In this document: positions 1 to 10,578 of the stretch, in pieces | Layout: every line of letters begins with the position of its first letter | Numbering within the stretch: position 1 is the first letter of the stretch | DNA from: Antedon mediterranea | Taxonomy: Eukaryota > Animalia > Echinodermata | Assembly (NCBI RefSeq): GCF_964355755.1 | Contig: NC_092670.1 | Coordinates: 32,538,388-32,602,387, forward strand | Length of the DNA stretch: 64,000 bases | Direction: 5' to 3' | Notes under the pieces: generated by a model | Told to the model about the DNA's origin: nothing | The model's database searches: none | Seen by the model: only the letters and a program-made list of their open reading frames with translations | Program-made: the position numbers and the translations under genes

Positions 1-339
1 CTGCCTGATTAACTTTACCGGTATGTTATACCTTCAATAAATATACCAACTTCAATAAACTAACAAATGCACTGTAAGCACAATAAGTTAATAGGTTTCG
101 GAGGACGAAATACCTCGCGATCGACCCGATCACGTTAAGAATGCCAAGCAATCAAGGTTCCCACCTCTCCAAAAAAAACTATATTCCGAGCTTTTGCTCG
201 CAGCGCCAATGTTGTGATTTTAGGTTGGTGCTGGAATGGCCTGATAATTAATTACCTTAACAGTCCCGCTTGTCCTAAATCACACACAATGTAAATGAGC
301 AAGTCCAAGTCAATATATATAATCGGTATCTTCCGTCTT

Positions 340-3300
340 GTTTGCTTGGTTCCCTGCTTCAAACAGACCGGTTCGGGGGGCGTCGAGGTCCCACGTTAAC
401 ATTTGCATACCCCCTGTATGCAAATCAAGCTAGCGGGGAGACGCCCTCGTTCGGTCGGAGGGGTGGTCTGTTTACCCAGCGGGCGCCGTTCACAACACTA
501 CTCTTAGTTCAATTCAATTCAATTCAATTAATAACTGTTACTTTTAATTTTCTTATTTTGATAGCTTCCGTTTGCTTTAATTCCTGTGTTAACTTTCACA
601 AGCATGGGTAGCCTAATGCAAGATTTTCAAAATGGGATGTAAGTAAAAATGAAATACTATACAAAGATGTTTATTAATGAGGGCGCTGTAGTGCTGACGC
701 CTGTAATCTAGCTAACCTGGACAAATTTTTTTTTCTTTTTACCTTTATTTTACTGTTTTGGTTACTGTTATACCGTGAATTGTGTTTATTTGTAATGCTG
801 AATGTGTAGTAACCTAAATTTTGATTTCTGCTGACTAAGTGCCTCTCCAAAAATAACTGTTTTTCTAAACTGATTCTTAGGCCTAAAGGTGATTAAAAGT
901 GACTGTGTGAACTGTAGCGTGACACACTACAACACGGACTGTGGGTGTGAGACAATAGCCAGCTGAACAATGTGTATCAGCCAGCCTAGGCCTAGACCTA
1001 TTTCGTATAGCCGTGAGTTTATGCTTTCATTTCACTTGGCGAAAAATTATAAACTTATTCCTGAGCTTACTTACCAATACCTCAGAGATAATAAAATCCT
1101 CAAACACAAACGTTCTCGAAGAGGAGGAAGGAATATTCGGAGATGTATTGCAACTATAGTTTCGCAAAGTCAAAGAAATTACAATAAAAGCGATGATAAT
1201 ATTGTCCAGGATAGGTTGCCTAAAGTTCTAGTTAAAATAGTGAGAGAAGAGTATGCCTTTAATAAAAGAGCTAGACTTCCATCAATACTACTCACTAATG
1301 CTAACTCACTAGTTAATAAAATGGATGAATTTGAAATTGTAATGAAGAGAGAAAATATAGATATCGCTATTATCACTGAAACTTGGTTTACTAACGATCT
1401 ACCTAGTGATTCTGGAAAATTTAAATTATGTGAATATGAAGTATACCGTAAAGATCGGGCAAATAAAAAAGGAGGTGGTGTAGCAGTATACATTCGTAAT
1501 CATATAGAATCTGCAAGCATTACTGAAGCTGTGATACCCGAAAATCTTGAGGTGGTGTGGATCCAGGTTAAAGTACCATCTTGTATTGGATCAATCTTAT
1601 GTATATGCGCTGTGTATTACCCTCCGAGGTGCAACCATGCAATGCTGCTTTCTGACCACATTGTGACAACAGTGGATAAGATTCGAGGAACACATAATAA
1701 AGCAGCATTTATTATACTAGGCGACTTCAATGAATTTGATACTGATGAGTTAGAAAACCATCTCTTACTTAAACAAGTCGTTCTTTTCCCAACTCGCAAA
1801 CAAAATTGCCTGGACAAAATTGTCACTGATGTTGATAATGTTTACGAAACACCCATAAAGCACAGTCCATTGGGCAAGAGTGACCACTGTGTTATCATTT
1901 GGAAGCCTTTAAATCAAATTCGCAAGCCTACCTCAAAAGCCTTGATCACAAGGCCATTCAGAGAATCTTGTATTCGATCGATGGGCCAATGGATAACTCA
2001 GGAATCATGGGAGGAGGTGTATTTGGCAGAATCAGGAGAGAGAATGGCAGAAATCCTTGAAAATATACTAAAACAAAAATACGAAGAACATTTTCCGCAA
2101 AAAGTAATTCGACGACGAAATAATGAAAAGCCGTGGATGAACTATCGCATACATAAATTGATTGATGAGCGACAAAAGGCATATAGATCTAATAATATAA
2201 ATTTATGGCGAAGCCTAAGAAACAAAGTAAAGTATGAAATTAACAAAGCTAAAGAGAAACATTATAAGGATAATATAGAAGGACTAAAAAATGCACAACC
2301 CGGTAAATGGAATAAAACAATTAAAAACATCACAGGATATAACAAGAAGTCAGACAATGTTAAATTAAATAATTATGGTGAATCTGTTGAAGAACAGGCT
2401 GAACAAATTAATGAACATTTCTCAAGAGTATGTTGCCAGCTTCCACCACTCAGATTGGAAACACTTCCCTCGTACTTGCCTACAAAACCACCCCCCAAAA
2501 TATACCATGGAGAAATTTGGAAGAGTTTAAACAAATTAAACTCCAATAAATCTGGCCACCCAGATGATATTCCGGTGAAACTCATTAAGCTGTTTTCTTT
2601 TGAAATAGCACAACCCCTGTTTTTAATCTTTAATACCTGTCTAAACGAAGGGGTGTTTCCAACTGTGTGGAAGACCGCATCAATTGTACCAGTACCTAAA
2701 GTTAAAAAACCGACAATGGTTGGCCAATTACGACCTATTTCACTAACTAAAATATTGGGTAGAGTATTTGAATCATTCCTAGCGGGATGGTTAAAAACGG
2801 ATTTTGAACCAGTATTGGATTGTAAACAGTATGGTAACGTGAGAGGAACTAGTACAACACACTACTTAGTAGATATGTTGAATACGGTTATATCCAATAT
2901 TGATGTGCCAGGGACCTACGCCACATTATGTACAGTTGATTTCACAACTGCGTTTGATAGGATAAACCATAATGTTGCTATTTCAAAGATGATAGAATCT
3001 GGTGTTAGACCGTCGATAATTCCAACGATTAGCAGTTTTCTGATGAATCGCACCCAGTGTGTGAAATTTAAGGGACATTGTTCTGGACTAAGAACTATAA
3101 CGTGTGGGGTCCCCCAGGGTACCAAACTGGGACCCAGCATATTTACTGTTATGGTGAATGATGCGGGTAACACCACTGATAATCGTTGGAAATTTGTGGA
3201 TGATCTAACACTGGGAGAAATAATTAATATAAAAAATAATAGTACATCATCAGAACTTCAATCCCATTTAGATTCCTTGAGTTGTTGGTGTAAACAAAAT

Positions 3301-4465
3301 GACATGCTACCCAAGCCTTCGAAGTGCCATGTTATTAATATAAATTTTATGAAATCCCAAATAAACTACCCCCAATTTACTATAAGTGGTGAAAAAATTG
3401 ATACTGTACATAGTATGAAATTATTAGGTCTTGAGCTACAAGACAATTTAGGTTGGGATATCCAAATCAAAAGTATTATCTCTAGAGCAAGTAGAAGAAT
3501 GTTTCTTCTTTATGCATTGAGAGGATATAGTGCACCTATTGGTGACATGTTAAGTATTTATCAACTCTATATTCGGCCGCTGACTGAGTATGCATGTGTT
3601 GTTTGGCATTCTAGCATTACAAAACAACAGACCAATGAAATTGAGAGGTTGCAAAAGCGAGCATGCAAAATTATACTTGGCCAGGACTATGAGAGCTATG
3701 ATACGGCCCTTACTCAACTCAAAATTACCAGCCTTGCTGAACGTAGAGAAAAATTAACATTAAAATTTGGAGAAGGTATCCTTAAGTCAGAGAGACATCG
3801 TAATATGCTGCCTGCTGAAAGACCTAATATATCTAGATTACGTAACCCCAATAGATTTACATTACCTAAAATAAAAACTAACCGATATAAAAATTCAACG
3901 ATTCCCTATATTATAAACAAATTAAATTCCTCCTGTGAAAAATGAAATTAAAAAAATATATAATAAATGATTGTGCAATATTACCGCCTAAAATAATCAA
4001 ATGAAGAGCACTGCAGACAACGTTTAATATTAATATACACTGTAAACTTTTATTTTCCGAAATTTAATATATTTTTGTAGATTTTTAATGTTGTGAATAT
4101 TTTAGTGAATAATTGTGCAATGTTGCCACCTATACTAAAAGATAATAATAATAATAATAATAATCAAATAAAGAACAGTGCAGATAGGTTTTACTTTAGT
4201 ATATTATAATGTAAATTTTTCGTTTTTTTTTAAATAAAAGTGCAATTGTATTTTCCAAAATTGTGTATATATTTTAAGATTCTTAATATTTTAAATTTTA
4301 GTGAATAATTGTGAAATTTTGTAATTGTATATTCCGAATTTATTATTGTAGTTTTTATAGATTTCATTTCAATATTTTTTATTGTAATACAAACGTTATT
4401 AGCTATGTGCTATTGTTTTTGTAATTTTATATATACCGTAATAAATAAATAAATAAAAAAAAAAA
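340..4465 (+). mobile_element. Apparently full-length or near-full-length LINE in an NRAMP intron (5' boundary uncertain)
   Basis: GC-rich structured leader (351-483), single ORF, AT-rich 3'UTR with internal direct repeats ending in (AATA)n-poly(A) at 4440-4465; no TSD found within the window. Confidence 0.8.
970..3945 (+). CDS. Non-LTR retrotransposon ORF2: APE endonuclease + reverse transcriptase (CR1/L2 group), 991 aa, uninterrupted
   Basis: EN motifs NANSL, ITETW, GGGV, VYYPP, GDFN, LDKI, SDHC; RT motifs RPISL, DFTTAFD, GVPQGTKLGP, WKFVDD, LLG; C-terminal RYKNSTIPY typical of CR1/L2-group elements. Confidence 0.95.
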   Translation: MCISQPRPRPISYSREFMLSFHLAKNYKLIPELTYQYLRDNKILKHKRSRRGGRNIRRCIATIVSQSQRNYNKSDDNIVQDRLPKVLVKIVREEYAFNKRARLPSILLTNANSLVNKMDEFEIVMKRENIDIAIITETWFTNDLPSDSGKFKLCEYEVYRKDRANKKGGGVAVYIRNHIESASITEAVIPENLEVVWIQVKVPSCIGSILCICAVYYPPRCNHAMLLSDHIVTTVDKIRGTHNKAAFIILGDFNEFDTDELENHLLLKQVVLFPTRKQNCLDKIVTDVDNVYETPIKHSPLGKSDHCVIIWKPLNQIRKPTSKALITRPFRESCIRSMGQWITQESWEEVYLAESGERMAEILENILKQKYEEHFPQKVIRRRNNEKPWMNYRIHKLIDERQKAYRSNNINLWRSLRNKVKYEINKAKEKHYKDNIEGLKNAQPGKWNKTIKNITGYNKKSDNVKLNNYGESVEEQAEQINEHFSRVCCQLPPLRLETLPSYLPTKPPPKIYHGEIWKSLNKLNSNKSGHPDDIPVKLIKLFSFEIAQPLFLIFNTCLNEGVFPTVWKTASIVPVPKVKKPTMVGQLRPISLTKILGRVFESFLAGWLKTDFEPVLDCKQYGNVRGTSTTHYLVDMLNTVISNIDVPGTYATLCTVDFTTAFDRINHNVAISKMIESGVRPSIIPTISSFLMNRTQCVKFKGHCSGLRTITCGVPQGTKLGPSIFTVMVNDAGNTTDNRWKFVDDLTLGEIINIKNNSTSSELQSHLDSLSCWCKQNDMLPKPSKCHVININFMKSQINYPQFTISGEKIDTVHSMKLLGLELQDNLGWDIQIKSIISRASRRMFLLYALRGYSAPIGDMLSIYQLYIRPLTEYACVVWHSSITKQQTNEIERLQKRACKIILGQDYESYDTALTQLKITSLAERREKLTLKFGEGILKSERHRNMLPAERPNISRLRNPNRFTLPKIKTNRYKNSTIPYIINKLNSSCEK

Positions 4466-4839
4466 TGTGTACAATAGATAGTTCATTCTACTTTTGGTTC
4501 TCAAAACCTTCTTTCTAAAACAATTTCATAGGATCAAAGGTTGGCTTATTGTACACAAAAGTATTCACCATTGTTCATAAGATACAATGTTCTCCTATTG
4601 CTAGTTTGAATCCGTCCCACTTTAAACATTGCTATTGTTTTTTAGCTTTCACAATAGTCCCACCCAATTTCGTTTATTTTCTCCAGTTTCCTGGATTCTC
4701 TGCATTCTCACTCCTGAATCAATGCATACGCAAACTGCAAACTATCTATCAAAATATTGATTTCGCCATGCAAACCTTCAACAAACAAGATAGTCAATTC
4801 ATAAACAAGAGTTAATTAAACATTTTTCTTTGCCTACAG

Positions 4840-4996
4840 AGTAAACAAGGTAATTTGTGGGATTTTAGCAGTGGTTGTCATAGCAATAAACATGTTCTTT
4901 GTTTTTACATACATCCCTGAGTTACCATCACATTGGGCATTGTATACCTTCATAGGAATTGTTCTGGTTTTATATCTTGTTTACATTGGGTATTTG
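4840..4996 (+). CDS. SLC11A: NRAMP/SLC11A divalent metal transporter, exon encoding TM11-TM12
   Basis: cag/GT boundaries; VNKVICGILAVVVIAINMFFVFTYIPELPSHWALYTFIGIVLVLYLVYIGYL aligns with the recalled DMT1 segment [22 protein letters not shown]...HVALYV...AYLGFVFYL. Confidence 0.88.
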
Positions 4997-5061
4997 GTAA
5001 GTATTCATTTTGTTAACGTCTACTCTTACATATCCTTTTCTTCGTCTTTTTCCTGCTTCTC

Positions 5062-5210
5062 ATTTACCTCCACCAAGGATGTATATGTTGTCGATTGCAT
5101 GTGTTTGTCTGTTTGTTAGCAAGATTACTCAAAAAGTTATTGCAAGGACCACTCCATTAAATTTTGGAGGCAATCCGGACCAGAGTCCCAATTCTGGACC
5201 ACTTTTTAGT
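5062..5210 (+). mobile_element. Degenerate Helentron-associated (HINE/DINE-1-like) 5' fragment
   Basis: TTACCTCCACCAAGGA start, (GTTT/GTCT) microsatellite, GATTACTCAAAAAGTTA and AAATTTTGG..ATCCGGA blocks typical of these repeats. Confidence 0.5.
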
Positions 5211-5737
5211 ATTATTTTCAGACCTGCTAGTGTTAAAAGATAGGAGACAAATTGTCAAAAGCCGGCAAGCAGTCTTTACAGTAACAAGTAAACTGAAATT
5301 GCATTTTCTTTTTTGTCTACTTGTCCAAAAGACTTCATTTTTGTACAAGAGGCAAGAGTTATAATTTGTGATTTGTAATTTTAAAACATAATTTCAAAAC
5401 TATTTCTTTTCAAATTCACCAGTTTGTTTTTGGCTTTGCTGTTCTATTGTTCTCTCAAAGTGCCGTTCTAGTTGTCTTTGATATTTCTTTTTCTCTTCCT
5501 CAATCTTCCTCTTTTCCATCTTCTCTTGTATTCTTTTCTCTTACTTTTTCCTTTCTCCTTTTCCCCCTTATTCACATCTTTCACTGCTTATATATTTTCA
5601 TTTTCTGCTTATTTCTTTATTTTCTCCTTTTATATACATTCTTGTTCTCTTCTCCTTCCTTCTCCTACTGTAATCTTTTCATTCTCATCTTTTTACTATA
5701 TCTCCTCTGTTAAACCAAATGTATTTTATTTTTGTAG

Positions 5738-5788
5738 GCATCAATTTGTCTTGTAGCCCTTGGTGTGCCATATGCCAATCGTATACCA
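5738..5788 (+). CDS. SLC11A: NRAMP/SLC11A penultimate coding exon
   Basis: tag|...|gtaagt, phase 0; ASICLVALGVPYANRIP matches DMT1 GWQCLIALG. Confidence 0.82.
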
Positions 5789-5977
5789 GTAAGTATTAAA
5801 ATTGTATTTATTTTAAAATTTATACTTTGGTAAAGTTGACCATGTAACTGTATTTTCATTGTTAATATCTCTCTTTGATATTGCATTTTAAACATAAACA
5901 AGAAAATTAATGTTTATTAATAAATAATAAAGTTTATCATTGGGATGATATTAGTGATTGTAGTGTTATGTTAATAA

Positions 5978-6222
5978 AGCTCTGTGTACACTATCAAACT
6001 TTATGTGACAGAAAAGTGTGATGTGCCCAAATATGGTAGCGATATGCCCAAACATGGTAGCGATATGCCCAAACATGGTAGCGATATGCCCAAACATGGT
6101 AGTGATATGCCCAAACATGGTAGTGATATGCCCAAACATGGTAGTGATATGACATCATAATGTCCATATATGGGCACATCACATTTTTTTGATACATAAA
6201 GTTTGATAGTGTAGACAGTGCT
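5978..6222. mobile_element. PIF/Harbinger-type MITE with internal 21-bp tandem expansion
   Basis: TIR AGCTCTGT(C/G)TACACTATCAAAC...GTTTGATAGTGTAGACAG(A/T)GCT flanked by TAA/TTA; six copies of GATATGCCCAAACATGGTAG(C/T) at 6020-6145. Confidence 0.85.
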
Positions 6223-6325
6223 TTAGATCATTAATTAATTTAATATATATTGTCAATTCAAATGTACCTATTACCCTAAATAAAAAAAAATGTTATGATT
6301 ATTAATTGTCTTATTTCTCTTTCAG

Positions 6326-6409
6326 TGGGTTAAATCATCTCCACCGTATGAAATAGAATCAAGGTTTATAAATGGGAACGATGACATTGATTTGGCAATA
6401 AGCAAATGA
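6326..6409 (+). CDS. SLC11A: NRAMP/SLC11A last coding exon (cytoplasmic tail)
   Basis: Strong pyrimidine tract ttctctttcag, phase-compatible; WVKSSPPYEIESRFINGNDDIDLAISK-TGA. Confidence 0.7.
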   Translation, partial: WVKSSPPYEIESRFINGNDDIDLAISK

Positions 6410-9220
6410 GAGTTATCTCAGGGTGGCATTTTAGATGATGTATCTTTTTCTCCACGTTTCACCAAAGGTGTAAAAATATAGTTTGTTATATATTGTTGAT
6501 AAATAGGCAAGGATCAATGAATGTAAAATTTAATTAAAATCATGGTTGTTTTATTGTTTTTGAAAATTGTTTTATATTTTCTGTATGCTTAATTACATTT
6601 CATATAAAATTGAAATTGAAGTGCCTTATAATTAATATTTAAAAGATGTTTCTTTGTTAAGGCAATCTAACAACAGGATACTGAGATCGCTTTACCAAGA
6701 TATGAACTCGTAACAGTCCTTTGATCTTATGTCTGGCTGCGACAAATGTACTGTGGATTGGGATTCTGCTGTAATTTTGTTTCTTTTCAATTTCAATTTT
6801 TTTCGTTTCTGTTGTATTTATATGGTGTTGATTTTTTTTGTTTTGTAATACAGTATCACGAACTTGTGTAAAAACAATCAATATTGATTGAACGAGTTGT
6901 ACTGCACATCAATCTCGTGTCTAAATAAAGTTTATATATATATACATATTCTCTGTGGTGAACTAGTCGTGTTGCAGCCACAGAAAAATCTTTTGATCCG
7001 GAGCACAACATCCTGTTGTTAGATTGCCTTGGTCTAAACCCTAGATTGCGTTTGCTATGCCTGAACTGCACTCTGTTCTTTTCCAACAGAAATGTGAATA
7101 GGCATGTTCATAATCATTTTAAAAGTGAAATAACTGTAATGTACCTTTTCGCTCTCAATAATAGCAGTGCATTACTCTATGTGCCATCAACGGTTCGAAG
7201 CAACAAATTTCATTACTCATTTTGTAGGTTTGTCCAATCCATGCATATTAGTAGAGAAGAGGAAATGTAGCACACTTTTTAATTTACGACATGATACTAT
7301 AGTATTGTTATTTAAACCACATGCTAAAAATGAAATGTGATTGGTTGATGTATAATAATAAATAATAATTCTACCTTAACATGCTGGGGAAAAAAATAAT
7401 GCTGACTATGCTATGATATGCTTTAGGTCAGCATTAACAGTTTCCGTGTTTTGTATTAGAATTAAGAGTGTTATTTAAAATATGTATATGTTGTACCTTT
7501 TCAACTTTATTTTTATAATATCTACAGTATTATGTTATATTTATTTTAACTGTAAATGTCCCATGTATATTTATTTTTATTTCATCTTTATGATAGTATG
7601 GTTCTCTGTTTATTTTTCAAATAGTAATGTATCAACCAAATTACGTACTGTGTTTATTGCAACATGCAGTTTTATTTTGTATTCTTTATAAAGTACAACA
7701 CTGTTGGTTTGTGTATTCTCATGTTTTTGTCTGGTTTTTCTACTGTTTTTTCGTTGAGTAAGCCATTTTAATGTCACTTAATAGTTAATAACTTTGATAA
7801 AAAATTGGAAAAAACTCATTTACTTGAATGAAAGTAATAATTTAAACAAAGAAAATTAGCAGAAGCTCATTTTCAGACAACAGGTTTTGTTCATTTTAAC
7901 AATTTCATTGTTATTTTTTATGTTTTGGAGATATTACACATTTAAAGTATTTATTTAAGTATAAATATACTTGTTACTGTATGCACAGATGCAGAAGTAT
8001 TATCACTGCTAACATGATAATATTAGTACAAATGAGGATCACTCAACTCATCACAACAAATGTTGCTTTGAAGATTTTGTATTGTTCTTTAGCTTGGAAA
8101 TATTATGTTTATTTTAAATTAATTTTTTTAATTAATTATTTTTCTTAATAAGTGCAAAAATATTGGGATTTCAATCAAATATGCATTTTTATATTAGGGC
8201 ACAATTTTGAGAGCCATACAATTCTAAAATGATTTCACAACAAAACAATATGTACGGTACTCAAAAATTATTTTCAATTTGAATTGATTTATTTTTTATT
8301 TACCATTTGGCAATAATGACCTCATGATATGCAAATAATATGCAAATTATATAATCAGATTTAGATGCATATGAATACTGTGGTAACATAGAAAGCTTTA
8401 CTGTATATATAATAGCAATAGATAATTACATTATACAGTAGTGTCTATAAAACTTAAATAACCATGATTGGTGATCTTATTGGTCACATTTGGAAAGGTC
8501 TATATTTGTTAGTACTAATTTGTGTACGCTAATGTTTAAACTAGTTTGTTGGGTTTACATAAATGATCAAATAAATGATAAACTTATGTATTTTAATATA
8601 AGTCTATTGCTTCTTTTGTTCAAAACATTTGATATACTAATTTTGAAGATTGTTAAAGAGTGTTTGTTGTTTTTTTCTCAACCACTTTTTAGTGACATAA
8701 ATTGTCCATGATAATGAAAATCATTACTTAGTTCCATTCGAAAAAAAATTGAAATTACTTTATGTATCATGTCTGTGAGTACTTAATTAAATGGTAAGGA
8801 ATCCATTGTGAGAAGACACATGTTATCAAACCTGTGCTAAAGATTCTTTTATTAAAGCATGGAGCAGGGAACTCCCTGCATGGAGGTATAGATTAGTAAC
8901 TACTGTATATTTTAAAATACTGCCCTCTATAGTTTGTGAAACTTTGTAATTTTATCAATTAATAAATTGACTTCTTTTTGATCTGATTTAAAAAAAAAAA
9001 ATTAATCTTCTTTGTATGAGAAATATTAATTTTATTTTTTCCAGATTTATCTTCAACAGTAGTGAATACAATAACAGAGTGATTTAGTTTTAGTGGAAAT
9101 CTTTCATTGTATTGTAATTAATTTTACATTTGTTCCGACACAATATTTAAAACCTATGGATTTGTATATTATATGTATCTGAGAACATTTTTCGACACAG
9201 TCTAAAGTTGTTAGTTAAAC

Positions 9221-9536
9221 AGCAGTCTACACTAGCAAACTCCTGAGTGAGGCAAGACATTTTTTCCAAATTCTGTTAGTATAGGCCAGTTGACAAACTT
9301 CAGCAAATTGCAGAAAATGGTTTGCAGAAGTTAGGCTGTGCACCTTCTTTGACAAACTAGTTTGCTGAGGTTTGGGGTTTTTTAAACTCAGAGAATCGGT
9401 CTTTGTGATCATGTGATATTCCAGATGGACAAAATGACATCATCCAGTTACAGGGAGTTCAGACAAACTTCTCCAAACAGTGGCAAACTTGGAGTTTGAA
9501 AAAGAGTTTGGTAAAGTTTGCTAGTCTAGAATATCT
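9221..9536. mobile_element. Second Harbinger-like MITE family, just upstream of RECK exon 1
   Basis: Imperfect TIRs GTCTACACTAGCAAACT / AGTTTGCTAGTCTAGA. Confidence 0.55.
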
Positions 9537-10013
9537 TAAGTCAGAACATGTTCTTGTAGGTATAGCATCTGGTGGTATGGGTGAAGACTTGGGAAGGGAG
9601 TGTTGAATTATTCATTTTAAAAGCTTTATTACCATAAGTAGGCCTATATAACATGTCTTATCCAGTGCCTACAAAGTTATTTTCCTTATAAGGTCAATTT
9701 GAAAGTATCAAACAAATTATTCTAAAAAAATACTGAATATAGTACCAAATGCTTCCTATTGCCATTTAGTTTTATTATTATACTACAGTATTATTTATAT
9801 TATATTCTATGGTGGAATAAAAATATGTTTGATATTAGAAGTTCGGTCACCTGGAACAGAGGGTGGTGTGCAATAACACAAAGAGCCAAAAGGTCAATCT
9901 ATGTTCAGGCGTCAAGCTTGAGTGACTCCACTCCAGTTTCTGACAAGTTGGTAAACTTATTCATTTGAGTACTACAAGATGATGTGGGTGCTTTTAAATG
10001 TCTAACTTTCAAA

Positions 10014-10068
10014 ATGAGGATTATTATATGTGCCTTTCTTTTAGTCATTCTGGAAGTTTATTCACAAG
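10014..10068 (+). CDS. RECK: RECK exon 1 (signal peptide)
   Basis: MRIIICAFLLVILEVYSQ, phase-1 donor G|gtagg. Confidence 0.8.
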
Positions 10069-10519
10069 GTAGGAGTTTAATTATATATTTATTTTTAGAA
10101 CAATTAGTTGTACAACCCAGCTAACTTTCTCAATTTTTAGTGCATTTTCATCAAAATCATCAAATGAGACACTGCAGAACAAAACAAATGGATGGATATA
10201 CCGGTATTCATATTGCTGTTTGCATGATTTTCATCTTGATAAAACTAACCTGGTTGTAAAGTTTAAACTAACCGAAAACTTCACGACTTTGAGTACTTGG
10301 CTATTTGCACTGTGACAATTGTGTTTAAAAATATGACTTTCCGGTGTTTTAATCTTGGAACTACATAAAATCATATGCACGCAATTTTTAGTAATTGTCT
10401 GATTTATCTTATTAATATTACAAATTGTCTGTGATCTTTTCTATCATTAATGTGACAACCTTTTAAAACAGAACAATATGTGCATTTAAAATATTGTTTT
10501 AATTTCATTTTTCTAACAG

Positions 10520-10578
10520 ATCCTACTTGTTGCCATAAAATAAGGAGCTATCCTTCCTGTCAATATGCTTGTGATTTG
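10520..10578 (+). CDS. RECK: RECK exon 2 (CC1)
   Basis: DPTCCHKIRSYPSCQYACDL. Confidence 0.9.

Noticed and set aside
351-500. HDV-like ribozyme at the LINE 5' end
   Set aside because: Could not assign P1/P1.1/P2/P3 with a catalytic C; the sequence folds as a simple rod
5447-5756. Hydrophobic Phe/Leu/Ser ORFs
   Set aside because: Low-complexity pyrimidine tract in an NRAMP intron
5994-6197. His/Tyr-rich HYHVWAY repeat ORF
   Set aside because: By-product of the 21-bp tandem inside a MITE
6205-6228. Second CAGTGC IRE candidate in the last NRAMP intron
   Set aside because: It is a mutated MITE TIR; only 4 weak pairs and no C bulge
7155-7180. CAGTGC loop as an iron-responsive element in the NRAMP 3'UTR
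   Set aside because: Flanks (AATAG / ATTAC) do not form the 5-bp upper stem and there is no bulged C at -6
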